Virus record (IMG/VR): IMGVR_UViG_2703719088_000001
Location: 21,011 to 85,010 of that record
DNA length: 64,000 nucleotides
Reading direction: 5' to 3' (one strand)
DNA from: a virus
Lineage: Duplodnaviria > Caudoviricetes
Position 1 is the first letter of the stretch; every line of letters starts with the position of its first letter. Of this stretch, positions 19,213 to 29,368 are shown piece by piece. The notes below the pieces were generated by a model that saw only the letters and a program-made list of their open reading frames with translations, searched no databases and was not told where the DNA came from. A program made the translations under genes and the position numbers.

Positions 19213-19503
19213 ATGATAACAAGAAGAAAGGCATTGAGCATCTTCTCAGACGTGACGATGTTCAAGAAGGTTTCGGAGAAAATCCTCTACCGGAACAAAA
19301 AGGTTTACGTCTTCAAGATGATCCCCTTCAAGGAAAAAGGCTTCAACTACAATTTTCGTGTGAAGGAAACGGAATACGGGGATTATGCGACGGTGGATTT
19401 TGGTCGCTGGACTCCTTTTTCCTCTCAGATGTGCTGCTCGGATATCTGCGAGGATCATCTGCTGGAAATGATTATCTCCCTCTGCAAACGGGGAATGCTC
19501 TGA
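19213..19503 (+). CDS. hypothetical cassette protein
   Basis: ORF after the conserved leader. Confidence 0.7.
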   Translation: MITRRKALSIFSDVTMFKKVSEKILYRNKKVYVFKMIPFKEKGFNYNFRVKETEYGDYATVDFGRWTPFSSQMCCSDICEDHLLEMIISLCKRGML

Positions 19504-19561
19504 GATTTCGGGGGAAATGATTTTCCCCGAAGTACGATTACTAACTCTAAATAAAACAATT

Positions 19562-20236
19562 ATGAAACAAGTGAATGTAAAACTCTACCGCTTCTCGGAA
19601 CTCTCCGAAGAGGCGCAGCAGAAAGTCATTGACAGAGAACGTCAGTACGTAGGAGATTTCCTGACATCTTTTTATGCCAAAGAAAGGGAAGAAACGTTGG
19701 AAAAATTCTGCGACATCTTTGGAATTGTCAAGGTGAAAAAATGGGAAGTTCGTGAAGGTTGGCATCGGTACAACCTGGAATTCACCAGCTGGCCTTTCAC
19801 AACGTATCACAATGTCGGAATCGATCCCGATGAGGTCTGCGGAAAATACCTCATGCGTTATATGAGGGATTTGATGAAAGACTTCTATGAATGGAAATTC
19901 TTCTCAACGCATTTTCATACGGATGAGAACGGGAAATTAACCTACAAGAAAAGACATTCAAAAATCACTCTTGTTGAAGACTGCTGCCTTACCGGAGTGT
20001 GCTACGATTGTGACATCCTTTCTCCGATTTGGGATTGGTACAGAAAGCCTGACTACAAAATCAGCCTCTACGATTTGGTTGATAGTTGTCTGTATAGTTT
20101 TTTCAGAGCATGGGAGCAGGATATTGAGTACTCTTATTCCGATGAAGGTGTGCGTGAAGACCTGCTGGCCAACGAATGCGATGAAGAATATTGTGAGGAT
20201 GGAAGCGTTTTTCGTGGAATTGTCAATGTGGCTTGA
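19562..20236 (+). CDS. hypothetical cassette protein (Y.FSELSEEAQ family)
   Basis: KLYRFSELSEEAQQKV N-terminus and NECDEEYCEDG C-terminus, a type of motif recurrent in mobile elements. Confidence 0.75.
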   Translation: MKQVNVKLYRFSELSEEAQQKVIDRERQYVGDFLTSFYAKEREETLEKFCDIFGIVKVKKWEVREGWHRYNLEFTSWPFTTYHNVGIDPDEVCGKYLMRYMRDLMKDFYEWKFFSTHFHTDENGKLTYKKRHSKITLVEDCCLTGVCYDCDILSPIWDWYRKPDYKISLYDLVDSCLYSFFRAWEQDIEYSYSDEGVREDLLANECDEEYCEDGSVFRGIVNVA

Positions 20237-20295
20237 TAGCTTTCGGGGATGCGAAATCCCCGGGAGTACGATTATTCACCATTAAATTCAGAATT

Positions 20296-20532
20296 ATGGA
20301 GACTATTAAAATTGCTCCGTCCTTGAACGAAATTATTGTAACGAAAAACGGGTTCAAGACCGATTTTGCCGGCGGCATAACCTACGATGCAGATTTTTCC
20401 AAAATCATCAAGAAATATGATGAAACATGGCTGAAGCAACAATTCAGCGCAGCTGTCGCCTTTAGTTCAAAAAGATGGCATCTTGAAAATCTTCTCAACG
20501 ACTTTTTCAAGGTTGAAGGAAAAATCCTTTGA
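20296..20532 (+). CDS. hypothetical cassette protein
   Basis: ORF after the conserved leader. Confidence 0.7.
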   Translation: METIKIAPSLNEIIVTKNGFKTDFAGGITYDADFSKIIKKYDETWLKQQFSAAVAFSSKRWHLENLLNDFFKVEGKIL

Positions 20533-20589
20533 CATCAAGCAGGGAGCAAAATCCCTGCCTGGCGCTATCAACCCCAAAATAATTTGATT

Positions 20590-20859
20590 ATGAGAACAAC
20601 GAGAACGCTCAGACACTGGGCGAACACGACAAGCTACATGGCTTGTCAGAACACCAACGGGAAATATGCAGAAGAAGAGTATAAAAAACTGAAATCCGAA
20701 CAATTTTCCGATTACGTTGAACTTCCATGGTGGAAAACCTTTCGGGATGAGCCGAAATCTTTCAATCGTCCGAAGCTTATCATCAAGGCATGGTATTGGA
20801 GAGGTGCCTGGTGTGATCCGACAAAGGAAATCTATAGACGGCTGTATCTCCCCGCTTAA
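20590..20859 (+). CDS. hypothetical cassette protein
   Basis: ORF after the conserved leader. Confidence 0.7.
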   Translation: MRTTRTLRHWANTTSYMACQNTNGKYAEEEYKKLKSEQFSDYVELPWWKTFRDEPKSFNRPKLIIKAWYWRGAWCDPTKEIYRRLYLPA

Positions 20860-21002
20860 AATCTCTTCTGAAACGATTTGGAATTTTCTGTGTGGATTTT
20901 CTTGTCTGAAACATCAAAATCGCAGGAAAAGCCATTTCTGAAAGTTGTAGGGGTATTCTACAATTCCCTGCAACACCACACTAACTCAAAAATTCAACAA
21001 CT

Positions 21003-21431
21003 ATGGAAAAAGAATTCATGAACAGAGCTCGGATGGAAGAAAAAATCCGAACTATCCTAAAAGGCTGCATTGAAAATCCGGAAGAGTACGAAGATTTAAT
21101 AGAAGACGAGGCTTTTCGCCTGTCTAATAACTTCTGCCGAGATATGAGAACGTACTGCCAAATGATTGACACGCATATTGCTGGAAACTTCTGCGATATT
21201 CGTAATGATTGGAATCATTGTCCTGAGTTTATACCCAGCGATGTTAAGCCATGGGGTAGATTTGATGATGTTGTTTCAAGCATTGTCAATGGCACGATTT
21301 CCGACGAAGACTTGGCCAAGTTCCAGCAGTGGGCGGAAGATTGGTTCTTCACCGCATTTGGCACGTATGGGATAGCCTACAACTTTCAGAATCTTGTCGC
21401 AGCAGTGGAATACGAAGACGATATCGAATGA
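21003..21431 (+). CDS. hypothetical acidic cassette protein
   Basis: ORF after the conserved leader. Confidence 0.75.
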   Translation: MEKEFMNRARMEEKIRTILKGCIENPEEYEDLIEDEAFRLSNNFCRDMRTYCQMIDTHIAGNFCDIRNDWNHCPEFIPSDVKPWGRFDDVVSSIVNGTISDEDLAKFQQWAEDWFFTAFGTYGIAYNFQNLVAAVEYEDDIE

Positions 21432-21492
21432 GGCATTTCCGCAGGATATTGCAATTCTGCGGAAAGCACTACTAACCATAAATATTTCAGTT

Positions 21493-21768
21493 ATGAGAAC
21501 AACAACTTTTGACGCCTGGAAATACGGGTGTTTTGATTTTCAGATGACAGAGCATGATGCACATTTGTGTTATCACCAAGGTCAGTGTGACGATGACGTG
21601 GAAAGAGTAATGCAACTTGACTACATCAAAAAACAACTTGCTGAAATCTCCACTGATGCGATGGTTGAGGCCATTAGTGAATATGGCCCCGATCTTGCTT
21701 CGGCTGATAGGCACGAAATTGAAATGTTCATAGTGTGGATTGCAGCCGGAAATATCGTTGATGAATGA
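21493..21768 (+). CDS. hypothetical cassette protein
   Basis: HQGQCDDDV...IVWIAAGNI; after the conserved leader. Confidence 0.75.
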   Translation: MRTTTFDAWKYGCFDFQMTEHDAHLCYHQGQCDDDVERVMQLDYIKKQLAEISTDAMVEAISEYGPDLASADRHEIEMFIVWIAAGNIVDE

Positions 21769-21843
21769 TAGCCTATGATTTTCTCCCACAGAATTCAACT
21801 ATTCTGTGGGGAGACAAACTACTAACCAATAAATTCAAAGACT

Positions 21844-22026
21844 ATGACAATCGTACACGTAAGGCCGGACTATATAGACCGGCATGAACTAAGCGAGTGG
21901 GAGAGAATGACTCTCTGGGGTATTTCGCAGGAAGAAGGAGTGGAGTTTTACACTCCGCTGGCTTTCCAGGACGCTTTCAATGACGATATGATAAGCGATC
22001 TGGGATATATCTTCTTCTTTGACTGA
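21844..22026 (+). CDS. hypothetical acidic cassette protein
   Basis: ORF after the conserved leader. Confidence 0.7.
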   Translation: MTIVHVRPDYIDRHELSEWERMTLWGISQEEGVEFYTPLAFQDAFNDDMISDLGYIFFFD

Positions 22027-22104
22027 ATGTTTCTTGTTTCTCATAATTGTTTCGGGCGCAGCGGAAGTGATTCGGCTGCGCCTACGATGTTTAACCTTTC
22101 AATT

Positions 22105-22339
22105 ATGAATTAACGAACTTTCTTCTTTCTATACTCAGGCATTGGTTTGGGTTGGAGATGCAATCCGTGGAAATAAAAGCCAGCATTTTTGGTGCGATGG
22201 TGCGTATTGTTGGTACACTGACGAAACGCAGACACATATACAAAGTGTTTGGGTGACGAGAAAAGGTGTTCTAATGTTTAAAGATATTACCAATTCCCAA
22301 GAAACCAGGAGATTGTATCGTGTTGAATTCAATCGCTGA
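22105..22339 (+). pseudogene. cassette gene frameshifted right after its start codon
   Basis: the leader ATG gives ATG AAT TAA; removing 1 nt opens M-INELSSFYTQALVW... Confidence 0.5.
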
Positions 22340-22400
22340 AAAGCTATGGGAGAACGATTTCTCCCATAGCTACCATTGTCTAACACTAAAATTCACTATT

Positions 22401-22913
22401 ATGGAAGAAGAAATTTTATTAGAAGAACTTACCAAGAACTGCAACGAAAAGAAAGAGAAAGTTCTGGAGTTGTTAAAGGCTTTTGACTTGGCAGAACTTG
22501 GAAGTGAAATTCAGCGTCAACAATTCAAGGACATCGAAAACAAAGTCCTGAAAGAAAATGTTTTCCTCTGCGGACGTCCAGAAGTAAAAGTAAGATGTGA
22601 CGACCAACCGATTTTCGGTGAGCGTATCACAGACGAAAAATGGAGTTTTCTTTTGTCTGACGATGATTTTGACAGATTGCAGTCACTTATGCTTCCTCTT
22701 TACGTTGAAGCTAACCTGACGGACGAAAAAGGCTATTACGTCACGAATTGGGACATGATAGCCTGCGACGCGAGACGTGAACTTGTGGAATACATCATCA
22801 TCGAGGTTATTCCATCTGCATTTCGTAAACTTTTCTGGGAGAATCGTGACAGAATCGTTTTTCAGGAAAAACTTATCAAAATCACGAAAGGAGCGTTTGG
22901 AGTTGCTGCCTGA
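22401..22913 (+). CDS. hypothetical cassette protein
   Basis: ORF after the conserved leader. Confidence 0.75.
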   Translation: MEEEILLEELTKNCNEKKEKVLELLKAFDLAELGSEIQRQQFKDIENKVLKENVFLCGRPEVKVRCDDQPIFGERITDEKWSFLLSDDDFDRLQSLMLPLYVEANLTDEKGYYVTNWDMIACDARRELVEYIIIEVIPSAFRKLFWENRDRIVFQEKLIKITKGAFGVAA

Positions 22914-22975
22914 AAGATTCGGGGAAGTTAATTCTTCCCTGAGTCGCTTATGTTTCACTTAAATAAAACACAATT

Positions 22976-23233
22976 ATGCTAACAAGAGATTATTTATTAA
23001 AGATTGGTTTCAAGCACGATACTTGTAGCCCGACAACCGTAGATGATTATTTCAAGAAAGAAAATCCTAATGGTGGTTATATTTCTGTAAGATTTAAGCC
23101 TAACAAGGAAACTGCTGTAGGTCTTTATGCTTATTCAGAGAAAGAACATATCAATATCAGAAAAGTTGTTCTTTCAGATACAAACGTAACTATCCGTGAT
23201 TTCGAGATAGCAAAGGAAATTTGCAATCTCTAA
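22976..23233 (+). CDS. hypothetical cassette protein
   Basis: ORF after the conserved leader. Confidence 0.7.
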   Translation: MLTRDYLLKIGFKHDTCSPTTVDDYFKKENPNGGYISVRFKPNKETAVGLYAYSEKEHINIRKVVLSDTNVTIRDFEIAKEICNL

Positions 23234-23278
23234 CCGCTTTGCAGGGAGAGCACCCCTGCGGAGTACGATACAAATTCA

Positions 23279-23548
23279 ATGAATATGAAAGTAAATATGA
23301 ACAATGCTATTGAAGTAGCAAGACTAAAAAGTCAAATCACAGGATTTCTGACAGGTTCTTTAATCAATGAACATCAACCAATCCCATACCGTATGGATGA
23401 TTTGACTGAGAAGGGAGCAAACTACACTGTTTTAGTTCCTAAAAAGTGGAAAGAGTTCTTTTCTGAAAGGAATCTCAGGCAAGAACTGAGAAACGAAGTT
23501 GATGCAGACAAAATCACTATTGAATATGTTGATTTTGTTAAAGAGTGA
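23279..23548 (+). CDS. hypothetical cassette protein
   Basis: ORF after hairpin and GTACGATA. Confidence 0.7.
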   Translation: MNMKVNMNNAIEVARLKSQITGFLTGSLINEHQPIPYRMDDLTEKGANYTVLVPKKWKEFFSERNLRQELRNEVDADKITIEYVDFVKE

Positions 23549-23613
23549 CTTTGCGGGAATCAGCTTTCCCGCGAAGTAAGAATTTTATGTCTAACCCTTA
23601 AACTCAATAGATT

Positions 23614-23763
23614 ATGACAGACGGAGAAAAAGCAACTGCATTGCTAAACTATCTTGAAACAGAATGTGATAGCAAAACTGCAGTAAGAGTTCTTGAAGAT
23701 TTGATTGAAGACGAGCCTCTTGCTCGTAGGTATGACGAACTTGTAGAAGAAGGAATACTCTGA
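23614..23763 (+). CDS. small acidic cassette protein (49 aa)
   Basis: MTDGEKATALLNYLETECDSK...EEGIL after the conserved leader; below the ORF track cutoff. Confidence 0.65.
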   Translation: MTDGEKATALLNYLETECDSKTAVRVLEDLIEDEPLARRYDELVEEGIL

Positions 23764-23825
23764 TACCTCTACCCGGACACGACAATCCGGGTGGAAACCA
23801 TGTTTAACCCTTAAACTCAAAGATT

Positions 23826-24092
23826 ATGCTATCAGAAGAACAAATCAAAATCAGAATTAATGATGCAGAAGAAGCAATTGAGAAATGCGGTCAGTACATA
23901 AACTATCGTGCGGAAGACATTCTTTCATTTTCTGACATAGAAAGAATCTGCGAACATTTCAGAGGCCGTTGCCACGCAAAGATTAATTATTTTATTGACA
24001 GAAGAAAACCATATCAATGCTTTATAATTCAGAAATATCGCTTTGATATGAGCAAAGTCGGAAGAATGATTACGTCTGAAATCCTTTTTTAG
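23826..24092 (+). CDS. hypothetical cassette protein
   Basis: ORF after the conserved leader. Confidence 0.7.
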   Translation: MLSEEQIKIRINDAEEAIEKCGQYINYRAEDILSFSDIERICEHFRGRCHAKINYFIDRRKPYQCFIIQKYRFDMSKVGRMITSEILF

Positions 24093-24180
24093 CACTCTTG
24101 TGACGATGAAGAATGACGTATTCTCAGGCTGATAGCGATATCAGCCTGAGATCAAATGTTTAACCCTTAAACTCATGATT

Positions 24181-24369
24181 ATGACTAAGACTACTTATGT
24201 GACTATCCGTATTGACTATGAGTACAACGGAGAAGTCAACTACGGAGATGAAAACGAAATTTGCGCCATGGCCGCTGATTTGGTTGTGGAACGTGCTTTG
24301 GCACACAGCCACACCATTGAAAACGGAATCATCATTGACAATATTGAAAACTGCGGTGTTAATATGTAA
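24181..24369 (+). CDS. hypothetical acidic cassette protein
   Basis: ORF after the conserved leader. Confidence 0.7.
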   Translation: MTKTTYVTIRIDYEYNGEVNYGDENEICAMAADLVVERALAHSHTIENGIIIDNIENCGVNM

Positions 24370-24599
24370 ATCTATGTGGACAATTCAATGTATGGGAATG
24401 ACATTTGCATCGTGTCATTTCAAGGAATTTGCAGAATTGGGATTGAAATCCTTTCCTAATGGAATGGGAGCAAAGGTTGTGCGGTGTAGATTCTCCCAGC
24501 CGACATTTACGATTTCTCATGAAAGAAATCTTCTTAATCTTCTGAGGGTGCAATAACCCTCGGAAGAGCCATTGTTTAACCCTAAAAAAAATAACCATT

Positions 24600-24938
24600 A
24601 TGCCACTTACAGCAGATTACAAGCATCAGATTGGAGAGATTACGCTCTCACAGATGATTAATGGAAAGAAAGTACAATTCAAATTCGGGATATTCCAAAG
24701 CAATGCATTTGCTGCCATCGTTTACAGAGGAAAAGAGAAGAGTACTCTGTACAACTTTGTTGGTGGCAAGGAACACGCTGACAATATGATTAAGAACAAA
24801 GTACATTTCTTTGGAGATGCTGAGGTACACGAAATCAAACTGAACTCCGCTTACAAAGAAAGCAGTGTCCTCATAAATTTCTTCACCCGTCTCGGCTACG
24901 AGGTGAAAAGCTACTACGACAAACCAAGAAATAAGTAG
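24600..24938 (+). CDS. hypothetical cassette protein
   Basis: ORF after the conserved leader. Confidence 0.7.
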   Translation: MPLTADYKHQIGEITLSQMINGKKVQFKFGIFQSNAFAAIVYRGKEKSTLYNFVGGKEHADNMIKNKVHFFGDAEVHEIKLNSAYKESSVLINFFTRLGYEVKSYYDKPRNK

Positions 24939-25007
24939 TGATACAAATCCCTGCATGAAACAATACTCATGCAGGGTGCTTCATGTTTAACCCTAAGAAT
25001 AACGATT

Positions 25008-25466
25008 ATGAAAGTAGCAACTATTATCACAGAAATCGATCACGAAGACTTGGTTAATTTGTTTTCCACAGCAATCTATGGAAGCAACTTTTTTGATATC
25101 GGATATGATGAAAAAGATTACTATGGTACAGAGTTGGAATCCCGAAACGATTGCATAGAAGACAAGTGTGCAAAACTGCTGCTCGCAGGAAAAGCAATCT
25201 TTGTCTTTGATGCCTACGCAGAGGATGAAGATGAATTTTATGGGAAATTCAATCATGAATGGATAAATGGTGACGATGGAATTGGAATGAAATACACCAT
25301 CAATCTTGAAAACATCAAGGACGGCATTCAAAAATGTCTTGAAGGAGAAAACAATTGGCTCAGAGATTGTGCAAAGCATCTGATGTATGAACCTTATGCT
25401 CTTGACCTGCCTGAGGCAGAGGCCATCTTGCAGAAGATTGTTTTCGGTGAACTCATCTACGGATGA
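25008..25466 (+). CDS. hypothetical acidic cassette protein
   Basis: ORF after the conserved leader. Confidence 0.75.
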   Translation: MKVATIITEIDHEDLVNLFSTAIYGSNFFDIGYDEKDYYGTELESRNDCIEDKCAKLLLAGKAIFVFDAYAEDEDEFYGKFNHEWINGDDGIGMKYTINLENIKDGIQKCLEGENNWLRDCAKHLMYEPYALDLPEAEAILQKIVFGELIYG

Positions 25467-25570
25467 CAATATCGCTTCGGTGGAATAATATCCACCAAGG
25501 CAGCTGTGGTGGCCACTCTGATTCGCGTCAGGGTGGCCTTCTTTTATGTTTCACTTAAAACTTTAAAATT

Positions 25571-25801
25571 ATGACAGACAAAATCATTCACATCGACGCA
25601 TTAGAGGTAGCCAGAAGGTTCGGTTATCTTATTGCAGGGAAGGGCAAATTCTCAGGATTGGAGTTTGCCAAGAGAATTATTCGCAGTGACAAAGATTGCA
25701 AGTCACATCGTGAAACTTGTGCATCTTCTGTTGCATCCTCTGTTTATGAAATACAGATTTGTGGCATAACTGGTTGTTGCATGGTAACAGAGATTCTTTG
25801 A
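25571..25801 (+). CDS. hypothetical protein
   Basis: ORF after the leader. Confidence 0.55.
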   Translation: MTDKIIHIDALEVARRFGYLIAGKGKFSGLEFAKRIIRSDKDCKSHRETCASSVASSVYEIQICGITGCCMVTEIL

Positions 25802-25806
25802 TAGTT

Positions 25807-26103
25807 ATGAGTTGGAAACCATGTAGAGGAAGCGGAATCATGTTTGACAATGCTTTCAATAGGGAAATGAAGTATCGTAGTCTTTTGATAGATTACAAAT
25901 ACAAGCCAGTCGGATTTATGCAACATTCCAAGACATATTATCATTGGCTGGTTGCAGAAAGGGATTTGCAAAAGATCAACTTCCCAAGTTCAGCAATGTC
26001 ACTTGAACAACTCTATGGGCAGATAATACCACCATCAACCCTCCAGAGTCTTGAGCAGCATAAGCATCTTTGCTACAAACCACTGCAAAGACTTATGCCT
26101 TAG
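25807..26103 (+). CDS. hypothetical protein
   Basis: ttATG start 6 nt after the previous stop. Confidence 0.55.
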   Translation: MSWKPCRGSGIMFDNAFNREMKYRSLLIDYKYKPVGFMQHSKTYYHWLVAERDLQKINFPSSAMSLEQLYGQIIPPSTLQSLEQHKHLCYKPLQRLMP

Positions 26104-26161
26104 TTACAAAGAGTTGGGCTTAACAATCCAACTCTTTACTATTCACCAAAACATTAAAATT

Positions 26162-26395
26162 ATGGAACTATCATGGATTGCAAAAGAAATTTTAAAAAAT
26201 GCCATCTGCCAACTGGAAGATGCCGATTACGAAAACAATGCACGACTTTTTATTGGCGAGACAATGATTCTTATTGACAAAGATGATTTTGAGGAACTGA
26301 AAAAAGACATTCTTAACTTTGACCAAGAATGTGATGACGACATTAAAGAAAAACGTTTTGAAGACATTGTTTCTATACAGACTGAGGTTGTGTAA
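26162..26395 (+). CDS. hypothetical acidic cassette protein
   Basis: ORF after the conserved leader. Confidence 0.7.
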   Translation: MELSWIAKEILKNAICQLEDADYENNARLFIGETMILIDKDDFEELKKDILNFDQECDDDIKEKRFEDIVSIQTEVV

Positions 26396-26434
26396 TAACG
26401 ACCTCAATCGCTATTCACCAAAAATTCAACAATT

Positions 26435-26656
26435 ATGCTACCACTTTACAAGTTCCAAACCAACTACAAGGGATGTTTGTATGAAAAGAAACTCTTCGGA
26501 AACAACCGTAGAGAAATGACTGAGCATTTTAAAGGATGGATTGACTGGCTTGACAGAACTGTCAGTGAGTACAACATCTATGTAAGAAGTGCTTATACTA
26601 AAGTTATCTTTTCCATCAACGGAAAGAAATATAGAGCGGAGTGGATAACCTATTAG
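26435..26656 (+). CDS. hypothetical cassette protein
   Basis: ORF after the conserved leader. Confidence 0.7.
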   Translation: MLPLYKFQTNYKGCLYEKKLFGNNRREMTEHFKGWIDWLDRTVSEYNIYVRSAYTKVIFSINGKKYRAEWITY

Positions 26657-26718
26657 CTCTTAGCCATGCTTAAAGCATAATTTAAGCATGGTACAAATTC
26701 ACCAAAAATTCAATAATT

Positions 26719-27258
26719 ATGGAAAAGTATTTAATCAGACTATGCAAGGCGATTCTTGAAGACAGATTCAACGATGAGAATTACAGAAGAAGAAATTCGT
26801 GGTATGGTCGTGAAATCGAGACACAGCCATTGTTCTGTTCCTATGGAACAATCGGATTCACCGTTTCTGTCTATGACTTGAACGGAAGTCATTTCTGTGA
26901 TGTAGAATGGGATGGAGATTTAGGTAAGCTCACCATTGATGAAGAACCGTGGAGAGACTACATCAACGAACTTTGCCTTGAAGATTTTGACATTACATCT
27001 AATGGTGACGGAGAACTTGAGTGTTATACCGATGCAGGCGAAGACATGATAATCTCACTTGACAAAGTTCGGAAAGAGAATTTGCAAAGGTACATTGACG
27101 ATTTCGACATTAACGAGGAGGTTCTTATATGGTGGCAAAACGGAATTGAGTATGCCAAAAAGAAAAAAGTGCCTTTCGACAATGTGAAAGAGCATTACGA
27201 GGACTACGAAGCATATCTTAAAAAGTTACAAAAAGCCTGTAATAAAATGCCGTTCTAA
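26719..27258 (+). CDS. hypothetical acidic cassette protein
   Basis: ORF after the conserved leader. Confidence 0.75.
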   Translation: MEKYLIRLCKAILEDRFNDENYRRRNSWYGREIETQPLFCSYGTIGFTVSVYDLNGSHFCDVEWDGDLGKLTIDEEPWRDYINELCLEDFDITSNGDGELECYTDAGEDMIISLDKVRKENLQRYIDDFDINEEVLIWWQNGIEYAKKKKVPFDNVKEHYEDYEAYLKKLQKACNKMPF

Positions 27259-27328
27259 CATCTATTCAACTCCCTACGTATCAGAAAACGTAGAGAGTAC
27301 CATATTCACCAATAAAACTCAAATGATT

Positions 27329-27570
27329 ATGGAAATTATTAAGTACAAATGCTTTAAAATCGAGACCGTCCCTGCTGGCTATTCTGCATGGGGCAAAAGT
27401 CCGTTACTAAATAAACTATGCTTGGTATGACGGAAATAAAGAGCAAGAAAAAACTGAACGAAGAATATCTCAAGCAGGATTTTTTCGAACATGAATTAAG
27501 TAATGGAAGGGTTATCATGGTTAGTATGGATCATAGATATTTCTATCGTCCTGAGTACTTTGATGATTGA
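27329..27570 (+). pseudogene. broken cassette gene (two short out-of-frame pieces)
   Basis: MEIIKYK...LCLV* overlapping MLGMTEIK...EYFDD*. Confidence 0.4.
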
Positions 27571-27645
27571 TTGGCCTCACCCTTTGCTGGCTCTACAACC
27601 AGCGAAGGTGCTATGTATTAATCCTAACTATTAATTTCAACAACT

Positions 27646-28005
27646 ATGGAAAAATCAGAACTCAAACCTCGTTATATCGAGGGTAAGGGAATCTTTATTC
27701 CCGTTATCAACAAAGTGCTGGCGATGAAAGATTCCTACAACGGCAAGTGTGTCACTTGGGAAGAGGCTGTCAAGGCTGGTGCTTTCAGTAAAGAGGATGC
27801 TTATATAATCATGTATTTCAAGGATGAGATTAACCGCCTTTTGAAAAAGAATGGCGGCGAACCCCTTGATGACGATTGGTACTGGACGAGTACGCAGTAC
27901 AGTGCTGCCTACGCATGGTACTTGCTTACGTTCAATGGCAACATGACCACCACCTCTAAGCCGAACTACAACCGTGTGCGTGCCGTCTCCGCCTTAGAAA
28001 TTTAA
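27646..28005 (+). CDS. DUF1566/Lcl-like C-type-lectin-fold protein, DGR-target-like
   Basis: C-terminal YWTSTQYSAAYAWYL...NGNM...K..YNRVRAV motif. Confidence 0.7.
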   Translation: MEKSELKPRYIEGKGIFIPVINKVLAMKDSYNGKCVTWEEAVKAGAFSKEDAYIIMYFKDEINRLLKKNGGEPLDDDWYWTSTQYSAAYAWYLLTFNGNMTTTSKPNYNRVRAVSALEI

Positions 28006-28113
28006 ACTTCTAACTTCTGCCTTGCCGTGTCAATGGCACGGCTGGATTTCAGGCCATTTTCGTTCTGTAACGAAGATGGTCTCTTTTGTTTAACCAATTA
28101 AATTCAATAAGTT

Positions 28114-28575
28114 ATGGAAATCAAAGACTTAATATTGATAGAAAGAAAAGCAGAGGAAATGCTTGAGAACGCACTAATGGAATATGTCTCTGAACACGGC
28201 TCTGTCTGCACCGACAATGAAGTGGAAGCGTTTGGTTTGGAAGAAGAAGGGTATGTAACTAAGGTGTTGAACTTCTACGACAATGGTGGTTGCTATTTCT
28301 TTGAGCCGGACAAACCCAATATGGACGGTTTGGACGATATGGACGAGGGAAACTACTATGACAAACTTTATGAAAACGTTGTTTATACCGCTTATCAATG
28401 TCTTTACATAGTAGTTGATGAGAATGGCATTGAACATCTGAAATATTATCGTTTCACAAATGGTGGCGTGACATTTGACGATGATCAGTCAGAGCCAGAC
28501 CATGACGAAATAAAACAACTAAGCCTAATAGATATGCACTATCTGATTCATGCTATAATCCAAACCAAGTGGTAG
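28114..28575 (+). CDS. hypothetical acidic cassette protein
   Basis: ORF after the leader. Confidence 0.75.
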   Translation: MEIKDLILIERKAEEMLENALMEYVSEHGSVCTDNEVEAFGLEEEGYVTKVLNFYDNGGCYFFEPDKPNMDGLDDMDEGNYYDKLYENVVYTAYQCLYIVVDENGIEHLKYYRFTNGGVTFDDDQSEPDHDEIKQLSLIDMHYLIHAIIQTKW

Positions 28576-28639
28576 CATATCTCAGCAAGCCGCCCAATAA
28601 CAGCTTGCTGAACAAACTCTAACTCTAAACTTAATCATT

Positions 28640-28864
28640 ATGAAAAGAACCGCTTTTAAAATTGCATGTGATGCTATCAAAGAAAATGAACCTATCGATC
28701 GTCATTGGTTGAGATTTATTCTTCATCGAAGTAAAAACGAGAAAGAATTGAGAGATTGGGCAAGAGGTTGCCTTGATATTACACTTGACGGAACTGAATC
28801 AAAGTCTCTTATAGGGAGGGCAACAACTGAATTTATCAGACAAGTAGTGAAACAATTAGTTTGA
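28640..28864 (+). CDS. hypothetical cassette protein
   Basis: ORF after the leader. Confidence 0.7.
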   Translation: MKRTAFKIACDAIKENEPIDRHWLRFILHRSKNEKELRDWARGCLDITLDGTESKSLIGRATTEFIRQVVKQLV

Positions 28865-28929
28865 ATCAAGTACAGCATGGCCTTGAAACCATGCTGTACG
28901 CTTAATTTATAACCCATAAACTTTTTACT

Positions 28930-29112
28930 ATGACAGTGTATATAGCAACTGATTGGTTTGGAACAATGGTATTTGACACCAAACCTAAATGGATTGACAA
29001 TGAATGGTATGGACATAGAGCCAGATTTGTGGAAGAGATTCTTCCTGAAGGTTTTAAACAGAAGGAAGGAGAAATGGTTGAAGCAGAAATAGTACTAACA
29101 ATTAGAAAATAG
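28930..29112 (+). CDS. hypothetical cassette protein
   Basis: ORF after the leader. Confidence 0.65.
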   Translation: MTVYIATDWFGTMVFDTKPKWIDNEWYGHRARFVEEILPEGFKQKEGEMVEAEIVLTIRK

Positions 29113-29117
29113 ATGTT

Positions 29118-29330
29118 ATGATGACAGCTTTAAAACAGAACAAACTAAACGAAAAAGTCTCGATCACCTGCTACAGACAAGTAGAAGTTATGACCAGAAG
29201 AGAAGCACTCGAAAAGTACTACGAAGGAATGTGCTGCTCGGAAGGAAGCGAACATGAGCGGTACGAGACAATTTTCTTCCAACTCATGCAAGGTCGCATG
29301 GAATGTTCAGACCAGGTTGATTTCAGATAA
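29118..29330 (+). CDS. hypothetical protein
   Basis: REALEKYYEGMCCSEGSEHERY motif. Confidence 0.7.
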   Translation: MMTALKQNKLNEKVSITCYRQVEVMTRREALEKYYEGMCCSEGSEHERYETIFFQLMQGRMECSDQVDFR

Positions 29331-29368
29331 TAGAATGGCTTCCGGTATTTGCGTATCGGAGGCCAGCC

